DNA of 64,000 bases from Candidatus Spongiihabitans sp. (GCF_965237845.1 NZ_OZ250154.1:115678-179677), one strand, 5' to 3'. Numbered from the stretch's first letter, positions 1-9,906 are shown. Notes: generated from the sequence alone by a model not told the origin. Made by a program: numbers and translations.

Positions 1-164
1 GCGCCGGGGCAGTGACCGCAGCGTGTTTTCTTAAACAGTTCACCGAAAATTATAAATGGGCTCATCTGGATGTCGCGGGAACCGCATGGAAATCCAGCGG
101 ACCAAAAGGCGCGACCGGACGCCCGGTTGCGTTGTTGGTTGAATTTATTATGAATCGTGTCTGA
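1..164 (+). CDS. pepA: leucyl aminopeptidase, C-terminal end (gene begins left of the window)
   Basis: Frame 3 reads ...[41 protein letters not shown], matching the conserved PepA C-terminus. Stop TGA at 162-164. Followed by holC, the usual synteny. Confidence 0.8.
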   Translation, partial: AGAVTAACFLKQFTENYKWAHLDVAGTAWKSSGPKGATGRPVALLVEFIMNRV

Positions 165-197
165 AAGAATCGGATTGACGACAGCCGGCCAAGCATC

Positions 198-635
198 TTG
201 AGCCAGCAAGTTGATTTTTATTTGCTGGGAAATGTCGACCAGACCGGCAAGTTCAAGTATGCCTGCCGAATAGTCCAGAAAGCGTTTAAGCAGGGCTTGA
301 AAGTTTTCGTGCAAACTGAAAATAGCGAACAGTGCCAGCATCTGGATACGATGCTCTGGACTTTTTCCCAAGGCAGTTTTGTGCCCCATGCTGTGGTAAA
401 CGAGGACCCTGAAAACTGGGAAAATTTCCCCGTGCAACTTGGCAGCATCGCCCCGGCTGGCGAACCAGCGCATTTGTTAATTAGCCTGACTGCCGATCCA
501 CCCAACCCGCATACGCCGTTCAACCGCATTGTTGATTTAATAACCGATGATCCCGCAGAAAAACAAGCGGGTCGAAACCGATTCCGTTATTACCGGGAAC
601 AAGGTATTGAGCCTAAGACCCATTTAATTGCGTAA
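198..635 (+). CDS. holC: DNA polymerase III chi subunit
   Basis: 145 aa. The N-terminus VDFYLL...KFKYACRIVQKA and the size fit chi. Sits directly downstream of pepA. TTG start. Confidence 0.8.
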   Translation: MSQQVDFYLLGNVDQTGKFKYACRIVQKAFKQGLKVFVQTENSEQCQHLDTMLWTFSQGSFVPHAVVNEDPENWENFPVQLGSIAPAGEPAHLLISLTADPPNPHTPFNRIVDLITDDPAEKQAGRNRFRYYREQGIEPKTHLIA

Positions 636-834
636 AGCTGAGCAAGCGGCCGTTAATGAAGTAACAGTGCGCCTGTTTATGAGCGCCTGTGTTGGATTAT
701 TGAAATAAGGCGGTTTCTTAAAATGATTTCTTAGGAGGATTTCTTCGGTCGTTGGTTTATAATTCCTCGGTTTCCTAACCATCGGTTTCTACACGCTTGC
801 AAACATAACAACGACAGCAATCATTTTATGAAAT

Positions 835-2409
835 ATGCCGCAGAATTATCCGGTCAACTATCTTAAAGCGATTCTCAATTCCAGAGTTTATGAGGCGGTG
901 AAAGAGACTCCTCTGGAGTTGGCGGGGCTATTGTCTGATCGCCTGGGAAGCAATATCTGGCTGAAGCGCGAAGATACCCCGCCAATTTTTTGCTACAAGA
1001 TTCGCGGTGCGTATAATAAAATGGTCAGTTTGACTGCGGGCGAATTGAAGCGCGGCGTGGTTGCGGCATCGGCCGGGAATCATGCTCAGGGCGTTGCCAT
1101 GAGCGCAAGGCAGCTAGGTTGCGAAGCCCTGATCGTGATGCCTGTTACGACGCCTTCAATCAAGATCGAAGCAGTTCGTCGCTGGGGCGCGAAACTTAAA
1201 CTAATAGGGGACAGCTATGATGAGGCTTTTGAGTACGCGCAAACCGTTTGCAGAAAACAGAAACGAAAATTTATTAGCGCATTTGACGACCCCTTGATAA
1301 TTGCCGGTCAGGGAACCGTCGGTCTTGAAATCATCAAGCAAAGTTCTGGGCCGTTGGATGCGGTATTTGTTCCAGTCGGCGGCGGCGGCTTGATATCCGG
1401 TATTGCCGTTTACATTAAGCAATTGCGACCGGAGGTTAAAGTCATCGGGGTTGAGCCGTTTGAATCGGATGCGCTGTATCAGTCGTTGAAAGCGGGCAAA
1501 CGAATCAAGCTAAACAGGGTGGGTATTTTTGCTGATGGGGTTGCGGTTAAACAAATAGGCAAAGAGAATTTCAAAATTTGCCGTGATTTCGTTGATGACG
1601 TTGTCAGAGTTAGCACGGATGAAATTTGCGCGGCGATCAAAGATATTTGTGAAGACACTCGCACCATTGTAGAGCCGGCCGGTGCGCTGGGTATCGCGGG
1701 CATCAAGCGGTGGTTGAAGGACAATGAGGGGAAAGGCCCAATCAAAAACCAGGGCAAAAACCAGGTCAAAGGACGGCGGCGTAAAAACAGGAATTTGGTG
1801 GCCATTGCTTCGGGCGCTAATATGAATTTTGATCGGTTGCGGCATGTTTCCGAGCGCGCCGAGGTCGGGGAGAAACGCGAGGCGATTCTCGCCGTGACCA
1901 TCCCGGAGAACCGCGGCAGTTTCCGGCGATTTTATCGAACTCTGGGACGCCGCAACATTTCCGAATTCAACTATCGATACGCCAGCGATGCGGAGGCGCA
2001 TATTTTTGTTGGGGTGCAGATCAAGCACCGTGACGAAATTGATGAATTGATAAAAAAGCTGGCGGCAAAAGGCATTGCCAGCCTTGATTTAACCGAAAAT
2101 GAATTGGCGAAAATACATGCGCGCTATATGGTTGGCGGGCGGGTGCCTGAAATTACCAATGAGCGTATATTTAGTTTCGAGTTTCCGGAACGCCCCGGGG
2201 CGCTGGGAAAGTTTTTGGATCAAATCGGAACAACCTGGAATATCACGTTATTTCATTACCGCAACCACGGTTCGGATTTTGGGCGGGTGCTATGCGGTAT
2301 TCAAGTGCCCAGCCAAAGTCGCAGGGAATTTAATAATTTCCTGCGGCAACTGGGTTACGCCTACCGCGAAGAAACGAATAATCCGGCATACACATTATTT
2401 TTACGATGA
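835..2409 (+). CDS. ilvA: biosynthetic threonine dehydratase (threonine ammonia-lyase)
   Basis: 524 aa. Has a PLP-lysine region (FCYKIRGAYN), GGGGL loop and two C-terminal ACT-like regulatory repeats (NISEFNYRY...). Contains a Lys/Arg-rich insertion. Confidence 0.95.
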   Translation: MPQNYPVNYLKAILNSRVYEAVKETPLELAGLLSDRLGSNIWLKREDTPPIFCYKIRGAYNKMVSLTAGELKRGVVAASAGNHAQGVAMSARQLGCEALIVMPVTTPSIKIEAVRRWGAKLKLIGDSYDEAFEYAQTVCRKQKRKFISAFDDPLIIAGQGTVGLEIIKQSSGPLDAVFVPVGGGGLISGIAVYIKQLRPEVKVIGVEPFESDALYQSLKAGKRIKLNRVGIFADGVAVKQIGKENFKICRDFVDDVVRVSTDEICAAIKDICEDTRTIVEPAGALGIAGIKRWLKDNEGKGPIKNQGKNQVKGRRRKNRNLVAIASGANMNFDRLRHVSERAEVGEKREAILAVTIPENRGSFRRFYRTLGRRNISEFNYRYASDAEAHIFVGVQIKHRDEIDELIKKLAAKGIASLDLTENELAKIHARYMVGGRVPEITNERIFSFEFPERPGALGKFLDQIGTTWNITLFHYRNHGSDFGRVLCGIQVPSQSRREFNNFLRQLGYAYREETNNPAYTLFLR

Positions 2410-2424
2410 GCGCCGATAACAAGG

Positions 2425-2652
2425 GTGACTGAAATAGATATCAGCGCAAAAGTCGAGCTAGGCGGAATTTATAATATTCCCGGGGAAGGTTTTGTGGTGG
2501 AACTGCAAATGTCCGACACCACCTATTTGTTCGATAAACAGGGCTTGCAACACCGGATTATTGAGAAAAAACAAAAAGGCTACGATGCGGCAGTCGAAGA
2601 AACGGCATTGGCGCAAATCAATAATTTCGGACCGGTATTTGACATATGGTAG
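2425..2652 (+). CDS. hypothetical small protein (75 aa)
   Basis: ORF only, GTG start, tightly packed between ilvA and the next gene. No recognisable motif. Confidence 0.35.
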   Translation: MTEIDISAKVELGGIYNIPGEGFVVELQMSDTTYLFDKQGLQHRIIEKKQKGYDAAVEETALAQINNFGPVFDIW

Positions 2653-3560
2653 GCCGCCATAAGGCGGTGGCTGAGCGCAAACTTGAGTGGCGCGTCACCA
2701 GTCAAATTGGCGCTCATGGTGACGCGCGAGTTGACGCGCCAAATCAATCTATTAGTGATAATCAAATTCACTTGTGGTGGATCGATGTTCAAAAATTGCT
2801 TGATTCTGAACTTGATTCCGCGGCGCGCGCCCAATATAGACAACTGCTTGCTGAACCTGAAATTACGTGTGCGAAAAGAATAATTAATGATGTCCGCCGG
2901 CAACGCTACCTTGGCGGCCGGGCAGGACTGCGAATTTTGTTATCAGGTTATACCGGAATTGTGAATGCTGAACTTGAATTTGGTTATGGAAACAGGGGCA
3001 AGCCGAAACTATTGAATGCGGTCAAGCCCGGGAAACTGGAATTTAATTACACCTTGTCCAGCCGATTTGCGTTGTATGCATTTTCATTGAATAGAGCGTT
3101 GGGTATTGATCTTGAAGTTTTTCCGCGGACTGTCGCCGCTGGCCAGCTGGCAAAGCGAATATTAACCGACCTTGAACAAGCCCACTGGCGCACGCTTCAA
3201 AAAGAACAACAGAACGAAGCCATGTTGGCGTGTTGGACCAGAAAAGAGGCTTACGGCAAGGTGCTTGGCGTCGGGATTAGGTATGCTATGAACCGGGTAA
3301 ATTTGTTTACTGGTTTGCATCAAGATCGATGGCGCACGAAAGTATCCGGGTTATTCGCCAAGGAAACCAGTGGAGAAACCATCGGCGAAATTCATGAGGT
3401 ATCTGGGGTTCAACTTGGATTGCCTGTTGCCGGCGTCGCATCACTGATGTATTCGGAAACCGCTGATGAATTTACCGCCGATGAATGTAATAGCGTAGTG
3501 GCACAGGGCGTTTCCATGAATATAGAGCCTGAACTACGTGCCTTTCGATTGCAGGTGTAA
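2646..3560 (+). CDS. 4'-phosphopantetheinyl transferase (Sfp/EntD type)
   Basis: Motifs IHLWW, FGYGNRGKPKL, GIDLEV and WTRKEAYGKVLGVGI are typical of the PPTase superfamily. The true start may lie downstream of 2646. Confidence 0.75.
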   Translation: MVGRHKAVAERKLEWRVTSQIGAHGDARVDAPNQSISDNQIHLWWIDVQKLLDSELDSAARAQYRQLLAEPEITCAKRIINDVRRQRYLGGRAGLRILLSGYTGIVNAELEFGYGNRGKPKLLNAVKPGKLEFNYTLSSRFALYAFSLNRALGIDLEVFPRTVAAGQLAKRILTDLEQAHWRTLQKEQQNEAMLACWTRKEAYGKVLGVGIRYAMNRVNLFTGLHQDRWRTKVSGLFAKETSGETIGEIHEVSGVQLGLPVAGVASLMYSETADEFTADECNSVVAQGVSMNIEPELRAFRLQV

Positions 3561-3577
3561 CTTTGGGCAAAAGCATA

Positions 3578-4702
3578 ATGAAATTTGTTGATTTAGACGC
3601 GCAATTTAACCTTGTGGAAAAGGAAATCAGGGAAGCCATAGATCGGGTATTGGTGCATAAGCAATTTATTTTGGGCCCCGAAGTTGGCGTGTTTGAACAA
3701 GAATTAAAAGCGTATTGCGGGGTAAAACATGTCATCAGCGCGGCCAGCGGCACCGATGCGCTGTTGATGGCGTTGATGGCATATGGCGTTGGTCCGGGTG
3801 ATGGGATTATCGCGCCATCCTTTACCTTTGTTGCGACCGCCGAAGTTATTCAATTACTTGGCGCGACTACGGTATTTGTGGACGTTGATGAAGCCACATT
3901 TAATATGGATGTTGCGCGACTGGAAGAAACCATCCAAACCGTCAAGGGCGACCGCAAACTGAATCTTAAGGGCATCATTGCGGTGGATTTGTTTGGGCTT
4001 CCAGCCGACCACGATATCATTCAGGCCATTGCCGACCAGCATGGACTTTTTGTTGTGAGTGATGCGGCGCAGAGTTTTGGCGCTGAATATAAAAATAAAA
4101 AAGCAGGCGTGTTTGGAAATATTGCCACCACCAGTTTTTTCCCGTCCAAGCCGCTGGGATGTTACGGCGACGGCGGCGCTGTATTTACCGATAATCAGGA
4201 ACTAGCGGACATAGTGGAGTCCATTCGATTTCACGGCAAGGGTCATGGGAAAAACGGGCAATATGAAAATACTCGCATCGGTATTACCGGACGTCTCGAT
4301 ACGTTGCAAGCCGCTATCCTGAGTTGTAAATTGAAAATATTCAATCAAGAACTCGATAAACGCCAGGTAATCGCGGATATCTATCGCCGCGAACTGAATG
4401 ATGTCGTGATTACGCCGACCATACCGCCAGGATATAAAAGCTCGTGGTCGGTTTATACCATTCGCTCGGCCAAGCGCGACAACATCAGGCGGCATTTCAA
4501 TAAAAACGGCATTCCATCAGCCGTGTATTATCCTTCCCCGTTGCACCGCCAACCGGCATTTAAGAATGCGCTTGGCGGCGGTCAAATGATGCCGGTGACG
4601 GATAGGCTGGCAGACGAAGTACTGAGCCTGCCGATACACCCCTATCTGCAACCCGACGACCAAATGAAGATAATTGCTGCTGTAAAAACGGCTGTTGGCT
4701 AG
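3578..4702 (+). CDS. DegT/DnrJ/EryC1/StrS-family sugar aminotransferase
   Basis: MKFVDLDAQF...ILGPEV..FE.E...YCGVKH...SGTDAL...DAAQSFGAEY...FFPSKPLG is the canonical family signature. ATG at 3578 is preferred over TTG at 3563. Confidence 0.9.
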   Translation: MKFVDLDAQFNLVEKEIREAIDRVLVHKQFILGPEVGVFEQELKAYCGVKHVISAASGTDALLMALMAYGVGPGDGIIAPSFTFVATAEVIQLLGATTVFVDVDEATFNMDVARLEETIQTVKGDRKLNLKGIIAVDLFGLPADHDIIQAIADQHGLFVVSDAAQSFGAEYKNKKAGVFGNIATTSFFPSKPLGCYGDGGAVFTDNQELADIVESIRFHGKGHGKNGQYENTRIGITGRLDTLQAAILSCKLKIFNQELDKRQVIADIYRRELNDVVITPTIPPGYKSSWSVYTIRSAKRDNIRRHFNKNGIPSAVYYPSPLHRQPAFKNALGGGQMMPVTDRLADEVLSLPIHPYLQPDDQMKIIAAVKTAVG

Positions 4703-4754
4703 GCTGGAAAACGCCCGGAAATTGGATGAGGATTGGGCAAGAGAACCAATCCGC

Positions 4755-5144
4755 TTAACCCTTCTCCCAGTTTTTCTCATTCATGCACTTGGTGAATTTC
4801 TCTTGTTGCATTTGCTCTTCGGCGGTGGCGGATTTACTGCCAGAAAACAACCCGCCAAACGCGCCGAGGTAGCCGTAATCATCATCGATTACTGAAAGCG
4901 TATCTCCTGCGCTACTGAGCGCATCGCCAACCAACGCAGCGTTTTGCTTAATTTCCACGATGCGTTGCTGGTCTTCCTCGGTTAGTTGCTCCGAGCGTTG
5001 CAGGCATATAGCCGAGTCTATATCCCAGTCTGCATGCTCGGTGGAATTCGCCCAGCCTTTCTGCTGGTAAGCCGCGCCGCTCGCGCAACCGGCAAGCAAT
5101 GCTACCAGCATGGTTATGGTTATGCTTTGTGTAATGTTTTTCAT
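4755..5144 (-). CDS. hypothetical lipoprotein
   Basis: Lipobox LLAGC after a hydrophobic signal (MKNITQSITITMLVALLAGCAS). Start taken at the internal ATG at 5144. Confidence 0.6.
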   Translation of the reverse strand: MKNITQSITITMLVALLAGCASGAAYQQKGWANSTEHADWDIDSAICLQRSEQLTEEDQQRIVEIKQNAALVGDALSSAGDTLSVIDDDYGYLGAFGGLFSGSKSATAEEQMQQEKFTKCMNEKNWEKG

Positions 5145-5188
5145 TTTAATTTGCTCTGTTTGATTTAGATGTATGACCATTGACGGCT

Positions 5189-6115
5189 TCAAAAGAAACC
5201 GGCAATTGCGCGAATCATTTTTATGGCAAAGTCTTGTTCCACATCTTCAAACACCACAAGTTTGCCTTTTGCTTTGCCGACCACGCGGGTGCGGTGGCGT
5301 TTCCAAGTAGATTCTTCAGTGAAACTTTCAGTTTCGGTGGAGCTGATGTTTTGTGAGCCGCTCACCGAAGTATCCGCGACATTGTCGCCGGTGCTAGAAT
5401 TTTGCGACTTGAGGATGTTAGTCTCGCCGCTTCGGGTGACGGTGCCTTTGGTGCGCTCGCGCACTTCCACATCCATGATCAGGGAAAAATACTTGGTTGC
5501 TTGTTGCGCTAACAACAGATCTTTTTTGCGCGAACCCGACAAGCCCTTGAGTGCTCCGCCGAGAATGCCACCGCCGACCGCGCCGGCGAGCGTGTTATCA
5601 ATGTTACCGAGCACCGAGCCAGCCACGCCACCGACAACGGTGCCAATAACGACCGATTTCACGATGCCGCCCAGATCTTGACCGTATTGTGTTTCATCGA
5701 GTTGGGCGATTTCCGCGGCCGATATTTCATCCGCCAGCAGGATATTCACTTGTAGGGCGTAACTTGCGGTTTTGGCGTTAGTCACTACCGTAAAGCCGCG
5801 CTTACCCAGTTCTTGCGTGACCAAATCGCGCATGGAAATGCCGGCCCAGGCACGTCCCGAAGTATCGCCGACGCGCAGATAAACTTCGTTGTTCCCTTCC
5901 GGTGGATCGAGGAAAATACTCCTTTCCGTTTTCACACGGATATATTCCACCGAAGCGGTTTGAGGGACGCCAAGATCGCTGGGTCTAACTTGAACGCCGG
6001 TTTCGGTTTGCTGGGATTTAGCGGCTTCCGACCACTGTGGCGGGCTACTCGCACACCCCGTAATGGTGAGGCAAAAAGCCACCAATATTAGTTTTACTGA
6101 CTTCAAAGATTGCAT
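5189..6115 (-). CDS. TraT-like (complement-resistance / surface-exclusion family) outer-membrane lipoprotein
   Basis: Lipobox TITGCASS, a Gly-rich zipper (GGVAGSVLG..GGGILGGALKG), and a C-terminal block SLIMDVEVRERTKGTVT...RHRTRVVGKAKGKLVVFEDV. This parallels TraT (TMITDVQIAERTKATVT...YQTRVVSNANKVNLKFEE) as recalled from memory. Confidence 0.65.
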   Translation of the reverse strand: MQSLKSVKLILVAFCLTITGCASSPPQWSEAAKSQQTETGVQVRPSDLGVPQTASVEYIRVKTERSIFLDPPEGNNEVYLRVGDTSGRAWAGISMRDLVTQELGKRGFTVVTNAKTASYALQVNILLADEISAAEIAQLDETQYGQDLGGIVKSVVIGTVVGGVAGSVLGNIDNTLAGAVGGGILGGALKGLSGSRKKDLLLAQQATKYFSLIMDVEVRERTKGTVTRSGETNILKSQNSSTGDNVADTSVSGSQNISSTETESFTEESTWKRHRTRVVGKAKGKLVVFEDVEQDFAIKMIRAIAGFF

Positions 6116-6233
6116 TGGTTTACTCCCCCGACGCTATTGTTTATGGGCTAAAAAAGAAAACAAGCACAAGTATAACCGGCCATCGCCACCTTACTAAGAT
6201 ACGCTGCCCGGTTTGTTGCTCGGAAAATGACGA

Positions 6234-6959
6234 TTAAAACGAAAATAACAAACCGATGTTCCACGCCTCGAACTTAGAGCCTACGCGGCCCAACGTATGA
6301 CGAGTGCCATCATCTTCAATCACAATAAAATCAAAATCATCACCTACATAGGCTTCATATAAACTTTGGATGGTTAAACTATCCGAAATATGAAACGCCA
6401 TGCCAGCACCATATTTGTACCCCAACGAGGTTTCTGTGCCGATAGTTTCTGTAGTGCAACCTTGAGTACACTTACCACTTCCGTTTGCTTCGCTGACATC
6501 GCCTTTGATTGAAACGTCGGCAGCAACAATACTTAGACCAGCCATGATGAACGGATGCCACCGCTCAGTGATGCTATAGTAGAAGACTTTGAGTGCATCT
6601 AATCGGACGGTTTCTGTATAATTCATTTGTCCCCTGAAATTCACTTGCCCTGTGTCCGCTAGTACAAGGCCGTTATAGCTTTCGTCAACATTTGACGCAC
6701 GTACGACAGACCGGTAACCAGACGCAAAACCGGTGCTACGTGGAATCTCTTGCGACACGAATGCGACTCCCTTGGATTCCAACGGCTCGCTTGGGGTCCC
6801 CCCGTCAAGAAACTTAAAGCCGCTAACTGATGTTTCATTGGCGTATTCAATGCCAAACAAAAAAACGTTATCTTGGGCAACTGTTGCAGTAGCAAAACCA
6901 GCGAGCAAAAGTGCGGTTAAAGCCACACTGTAGGCAAAACAGTGATTTGATTTGTTCAT
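6234..6959 (-). CDS. outer-membrane beta-barrel protein (OmpA-like/porin-family barrel)
   Basis: Signal peptide ending ATVAQD, alternating amphipathic strands, and a C-terminal aromatic residue (...WNIGLLFSF). Confidence 0.7.
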   Translation of the reverse strand: MNKSNHCFAYSVALTALLLAGFATATVAQDNVFLFGIEYANETSVSGFKFLDGGTPSEPLESKGVAFVSQEIPRSTGFASGYRSVVRASNVDESYNGLVLADTGQVNFRGQMNYTETVRLDALKVFYYSITERWHPFIMAGLSIVAADVSIKGDVSEANGSGKCTQGCTTETIGTETSLGYKYGAGMAFHISDSLTIQSLYEAYVGDDFDFIVIEDDGTRHTLGRVGSKFEAWNIGLLFSF

Positions 6960-6976
6960 GAATTTATCCTCGTAAA

Positions 6977-7007
6977 CTGTAAATATCCTAAAATGGGATA
7001 TTTACAG
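6977..7007. promoter_or_regulatory. perfect 12-bp inverted repeat (CTGTAAATATCC-N7-GGATATTTACAG), a putative operator
   Basis: Read directly from the sequence. Lies between the divergent OMP gene and the XRE regulator. More GGATATT/AATATCC copies occur at 7010-7048. Confidence 0.5.
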
Positions 7008-7051
7008 AAGATATTCCATATTAGGATATTTGTCAAGCGGCAATATCCGTT

Positions 7052-7306
7052 ATGGTTAATCGTCCCTGGGGGAGTCAACAGATAGCGTTTCGTCGGGTGC
7101 TTCGGCAGGCACGCAAGTGCGCCGGGCTGACACAGGCGGAGTTGTCAAAAAAGTTAGCGAAACCCCAAAGTTATGTATCAAAATATGAAACAGGGGAACG
7201 GCGGCTGGACTATCTTGAAGTCAAGGAAATATGTTCTCGTTGCAAGATGACTATCGCCGAATTTGATGGTTTCCTGAGCCAGTCGATAATCAACGAATCC
7301 GGTTGA
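7052..7306 (+). CDS. XRE-family helix-turn-helix transcriptional regulator
   Basis: [37 protein letters not shown] is a classic Cro/C1 HTH. Confidence 0.75.
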   Translation: MVNRPWGSQQIAFRRVLRQARKCAGLTQAELSKKLAKPQSYVSKYETGERRLDYLEVKEICSRCKMTIAEFDGFLSQSIINESG

Positions 7307-7575
7307 CCGAGTGCGTGACAGAGACGGTGACGCGCTCAAAAATTCTGGTTACGTTTGCGCGCCATTGTGTGAACAGCGGGTTTTGTTGGTTTTCTGGATT
7401 CCCGCATGTCCGTGAATGATGGTGTGCGCGTTGTTAACGATGATGACCGTCGCCAGCCTTGGTACTCACGGGGTTTAACTCATTTAACTCAAAGGTATTA
7501 TTAGTTTTTTGTTGACCCGGATTGCTTGCTCCCGGCTTCTTTGAAACAAAATTTTTGAATTGATTTTCCTGTCGA

Positions 7576-9906
7576 TCACTTCTTTTTGGCGGTTTTCTTT
7601 TTTCCCGCTTTCTTTTTTCCTTGAGGCGGTTTGGCATTTTTAAGCAGTTCTTTGCAATCTTCAAGGGATAGTGTTTTTGGTTCTGCCACGGCTTTGGGGA
7701 TTCTAGCGTTTTTCTCGCCGTCGGTGATGTAAGGACCATAGCGACCATTCAATACTTGAATACCAGCGTCTTCAAAATCCAGAATCAGGCGGTTGGCATC
7801 CTTTTCCTTTTTCTCGGCGACAAGTTGCAGTGCGGTTTCTTTTTCCACCGTATAGGGGTCGTGCTTGCCCAGCGACACAAATTTGTCGCCGTATTTGATG
7901 TAGGGCCCGAAACGCCCAATCGCCACGGTAAGCGGTTCACCATCCGTGGTTTGGCCTAGGGTTCTTGGCAGCTTGAATAGCTCAAGCGCCTGCTCGAACG
8001 TAATAGCGTCCAGCTTTTGGCCTGGCCGGAGGCTGGCAAAAGTGGGTTTGTCTTCATCATCCCGAGTTCCAATCTGCGCGTAAGGGCCATAGCGTCCCAT
8101 GCGCACGGACAATGGCTTTCCTGATTTGGGATCGGTCCCCAAAACGCGTGATTGAATAACGGCATCACGGCTGACACTTTCCTCTTTTTCCTCTACCAGT
8201 TTGGAAAATGCCGTCCAGAATTCCTGCATTAACGGCAGCCGCTGTTTTTCCCCTCGAGAAATCCCGTCCAGAGCATCTTCCATTTTCGCGGTAAATTCAT
8301 AATCCACATATTGCGTAAAGTGGCTGGATAAAAACCGATTGACTATTTTTCCAATCTCAGTGGGTTCAAAGCGCCGACTTTCCAGGGTAACGTACTCACG
8401 GTTTTGCAAGGTGCTGATAATCGAAGCATATGTAGAGGGCCTTCCAATTCCATAGGCTTCCAGTGTTTTCACCAACGAGGCTTCGTTATAACGCGGCGGT
8501 GGTTCGGTAAAATGTTGTTCGGGCCTGATTTTTACCAGATCGATACTCATGCCTGGTTTCATGGCAGGCAAGATTATCTCTTTTTCGCGCTTGTCCGGTT
8601 TGTCATCCCGCCCCTCCAGATACACGGACATAAATCCCGCAATACGAATGGTGGAACCGGATGATCGAAAGACGCCGATGCTGCCGGCAGTCAAATCAAC
8701 CGACACCATGTCAATAGTGGCATGAATCATCTGACAAGCCACGGTGCGTTTCCAAATGAGATCGTACAGTCGATATTGATCTTCACTCAATTGAGACTTG
8801 AGAGCCTTTGGTATTCGTTTTGCGGAAGTAGGCCTTATTGCTTCGTGGGCTTCCTGGGCATTTTTTGATTTGTTTTTAAACACCCTGGGTTGGCCGGGCA
8901 GGTTGTCCACGCCATACTTGGAGGCGATCAATGCCCTGATTTCAGCAACAGCCTCTGTGGCCAGCGCCACGGAATCAGTACGCATATAGGAAATCAGGCC
9001 GTCCGCGCCGCCTTCAATTTCGATGCCCTCGTATAATTGCTGGGCGGTTTGCATGGTTCGTCTCGCGCTAAACCCAAGTTTTCGTGACGCCTCTTGCTGT
9101 AATGTTGACGTAATAAACGGCGGCGCGGGGTTTCGCTTGCGCTCTTTCTTTTCAATTTTAGCGACTATTAATTTCCCTTGCGCCGCTTCGTTCAATGCCG
9201 TTTCGGCGGCCTTGGCCGTTGCGCCATCGGCAATTGAAAATTGTTTTAATTTTTCATCTTTGTACTGGGTTAACTTACCGGTAAAATTTTGCCCGCCGGT
9301 GTTCAAATCCGCTTCAATGGTCCAATATTCCCGGCTGATAAATTTATCTATTTCTGCTTCGCGCTCACAAATCATCCGCAATGCCGGGCTTTGGACGCGG
9401 CCAGCCGATAGTCCCTGGCGAATTTTTTTCCATAACAGCGGCGATAAATTAAACCCGACCAAATAATCGAGTGCTCGACGTGCTTGCTGAGCTTCGATCA
9501 GGTTAGCCGAAATTTCTCTCGGGTTGTTAACCGCTTTTTGTATTGCGGACTTGGTGAATTCATAAAACTCCACCCGATATACCGGTGTGTTGCCAATGGC
9601 GTTTCGTTCCTTGAGGAGTTCGTACAGATGCCAGGAAATTGCTTCGCCTTCGCGGTCCGGGTCGGTCGCGAGGTACAACGAATCGGCTTTTTTCATTTCC
9701 CTGGCAATCAAGTCCACGTGCTTTTTATTGCGCTCAATAATTTCGTAGTGCATTTCGAAATTGTTGTCTGGATCTACCGCGCCTTTTTTCGGTCGCAGGT
9801 CGCGGACATGGCCATAAGATGATAAGGCTTTGAAATTATCGCCAAGATACTTTGACATGGAGCGCGCTTTCGCCGGCGATTCAACAATGATGAGGTGTTT
9901 GCCCAT
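7576..9906 (-). CDS. topA: DNA topoisomerase I
   Basis: 776 aa. Has a TOPRIM N-terminus (LIIVESPAKA), an active-site region (ISYMRTDS) and a Lys-rich tail. Confidence 0.97.
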   Translation of the reverse strand: MGKHLIIVESPAKARSMSKYLGDNFKALSSYGHVRDLRPKKGAVDPDNNFEMHYEIIERNKKHVDLIAREMKKADSLYLATDPDREGEAISWHLYELLKERNAIGNTPVYRVEFYEFTKSAIQKAVNNPREISANLIEAQQARRALDYLVGFNLSPLLWKKIRQGLSAGRVQSPALRMICEREAEIDKFISREYWTIEADLNTGGQNFTGKLTQYKDEKLKQFSIADGATAKAAETALNEAAQGKLIVAKIEKKERKRNPAPPFITSTLQQEASRKLGFSARRTMQTAQQLYEGIEIEGGADGLISYMRTDSVALATEAVAEIRALIASKYGVDNLPGQPRVFKNKSKNAQEAHEAIRPTSAKRIPKALKSQLSEDQYRLYDLIWKRTVACQMIHATIDMVSVDLTAGSIGVFRSSGSTIRIAGFMSVYLEGRDDKPDKREKEIILPAMKPGMSIDLVKIRPEQHFTEPPPRYNEASLVKTLEAYGIGRPSTYASIISTLQNREYVTLESRRFEPTEIGKIVNRFLSSHFTQYVDYEFTAKMEDALDGISRGEKQRLPLMQEFWTAFSKLVEEKEESVSRDAVIQSRVLGTDPKSGKPLSVRMGRYGPYAQIGTRDDEDKPTFASLRPGQKLDAITFEQALELFKLPRTLGQTTDGEPLTVAIGRFGPYIKYGDKFVSLGKHDPYTVEKETALQLVAEKKEKDANRLILDFEDAGIQVLNGRYGPYITDGEKNARIPKAVAEPKTLSLEDCKELLKNAKPPQGKKKAGKKKTAKKK

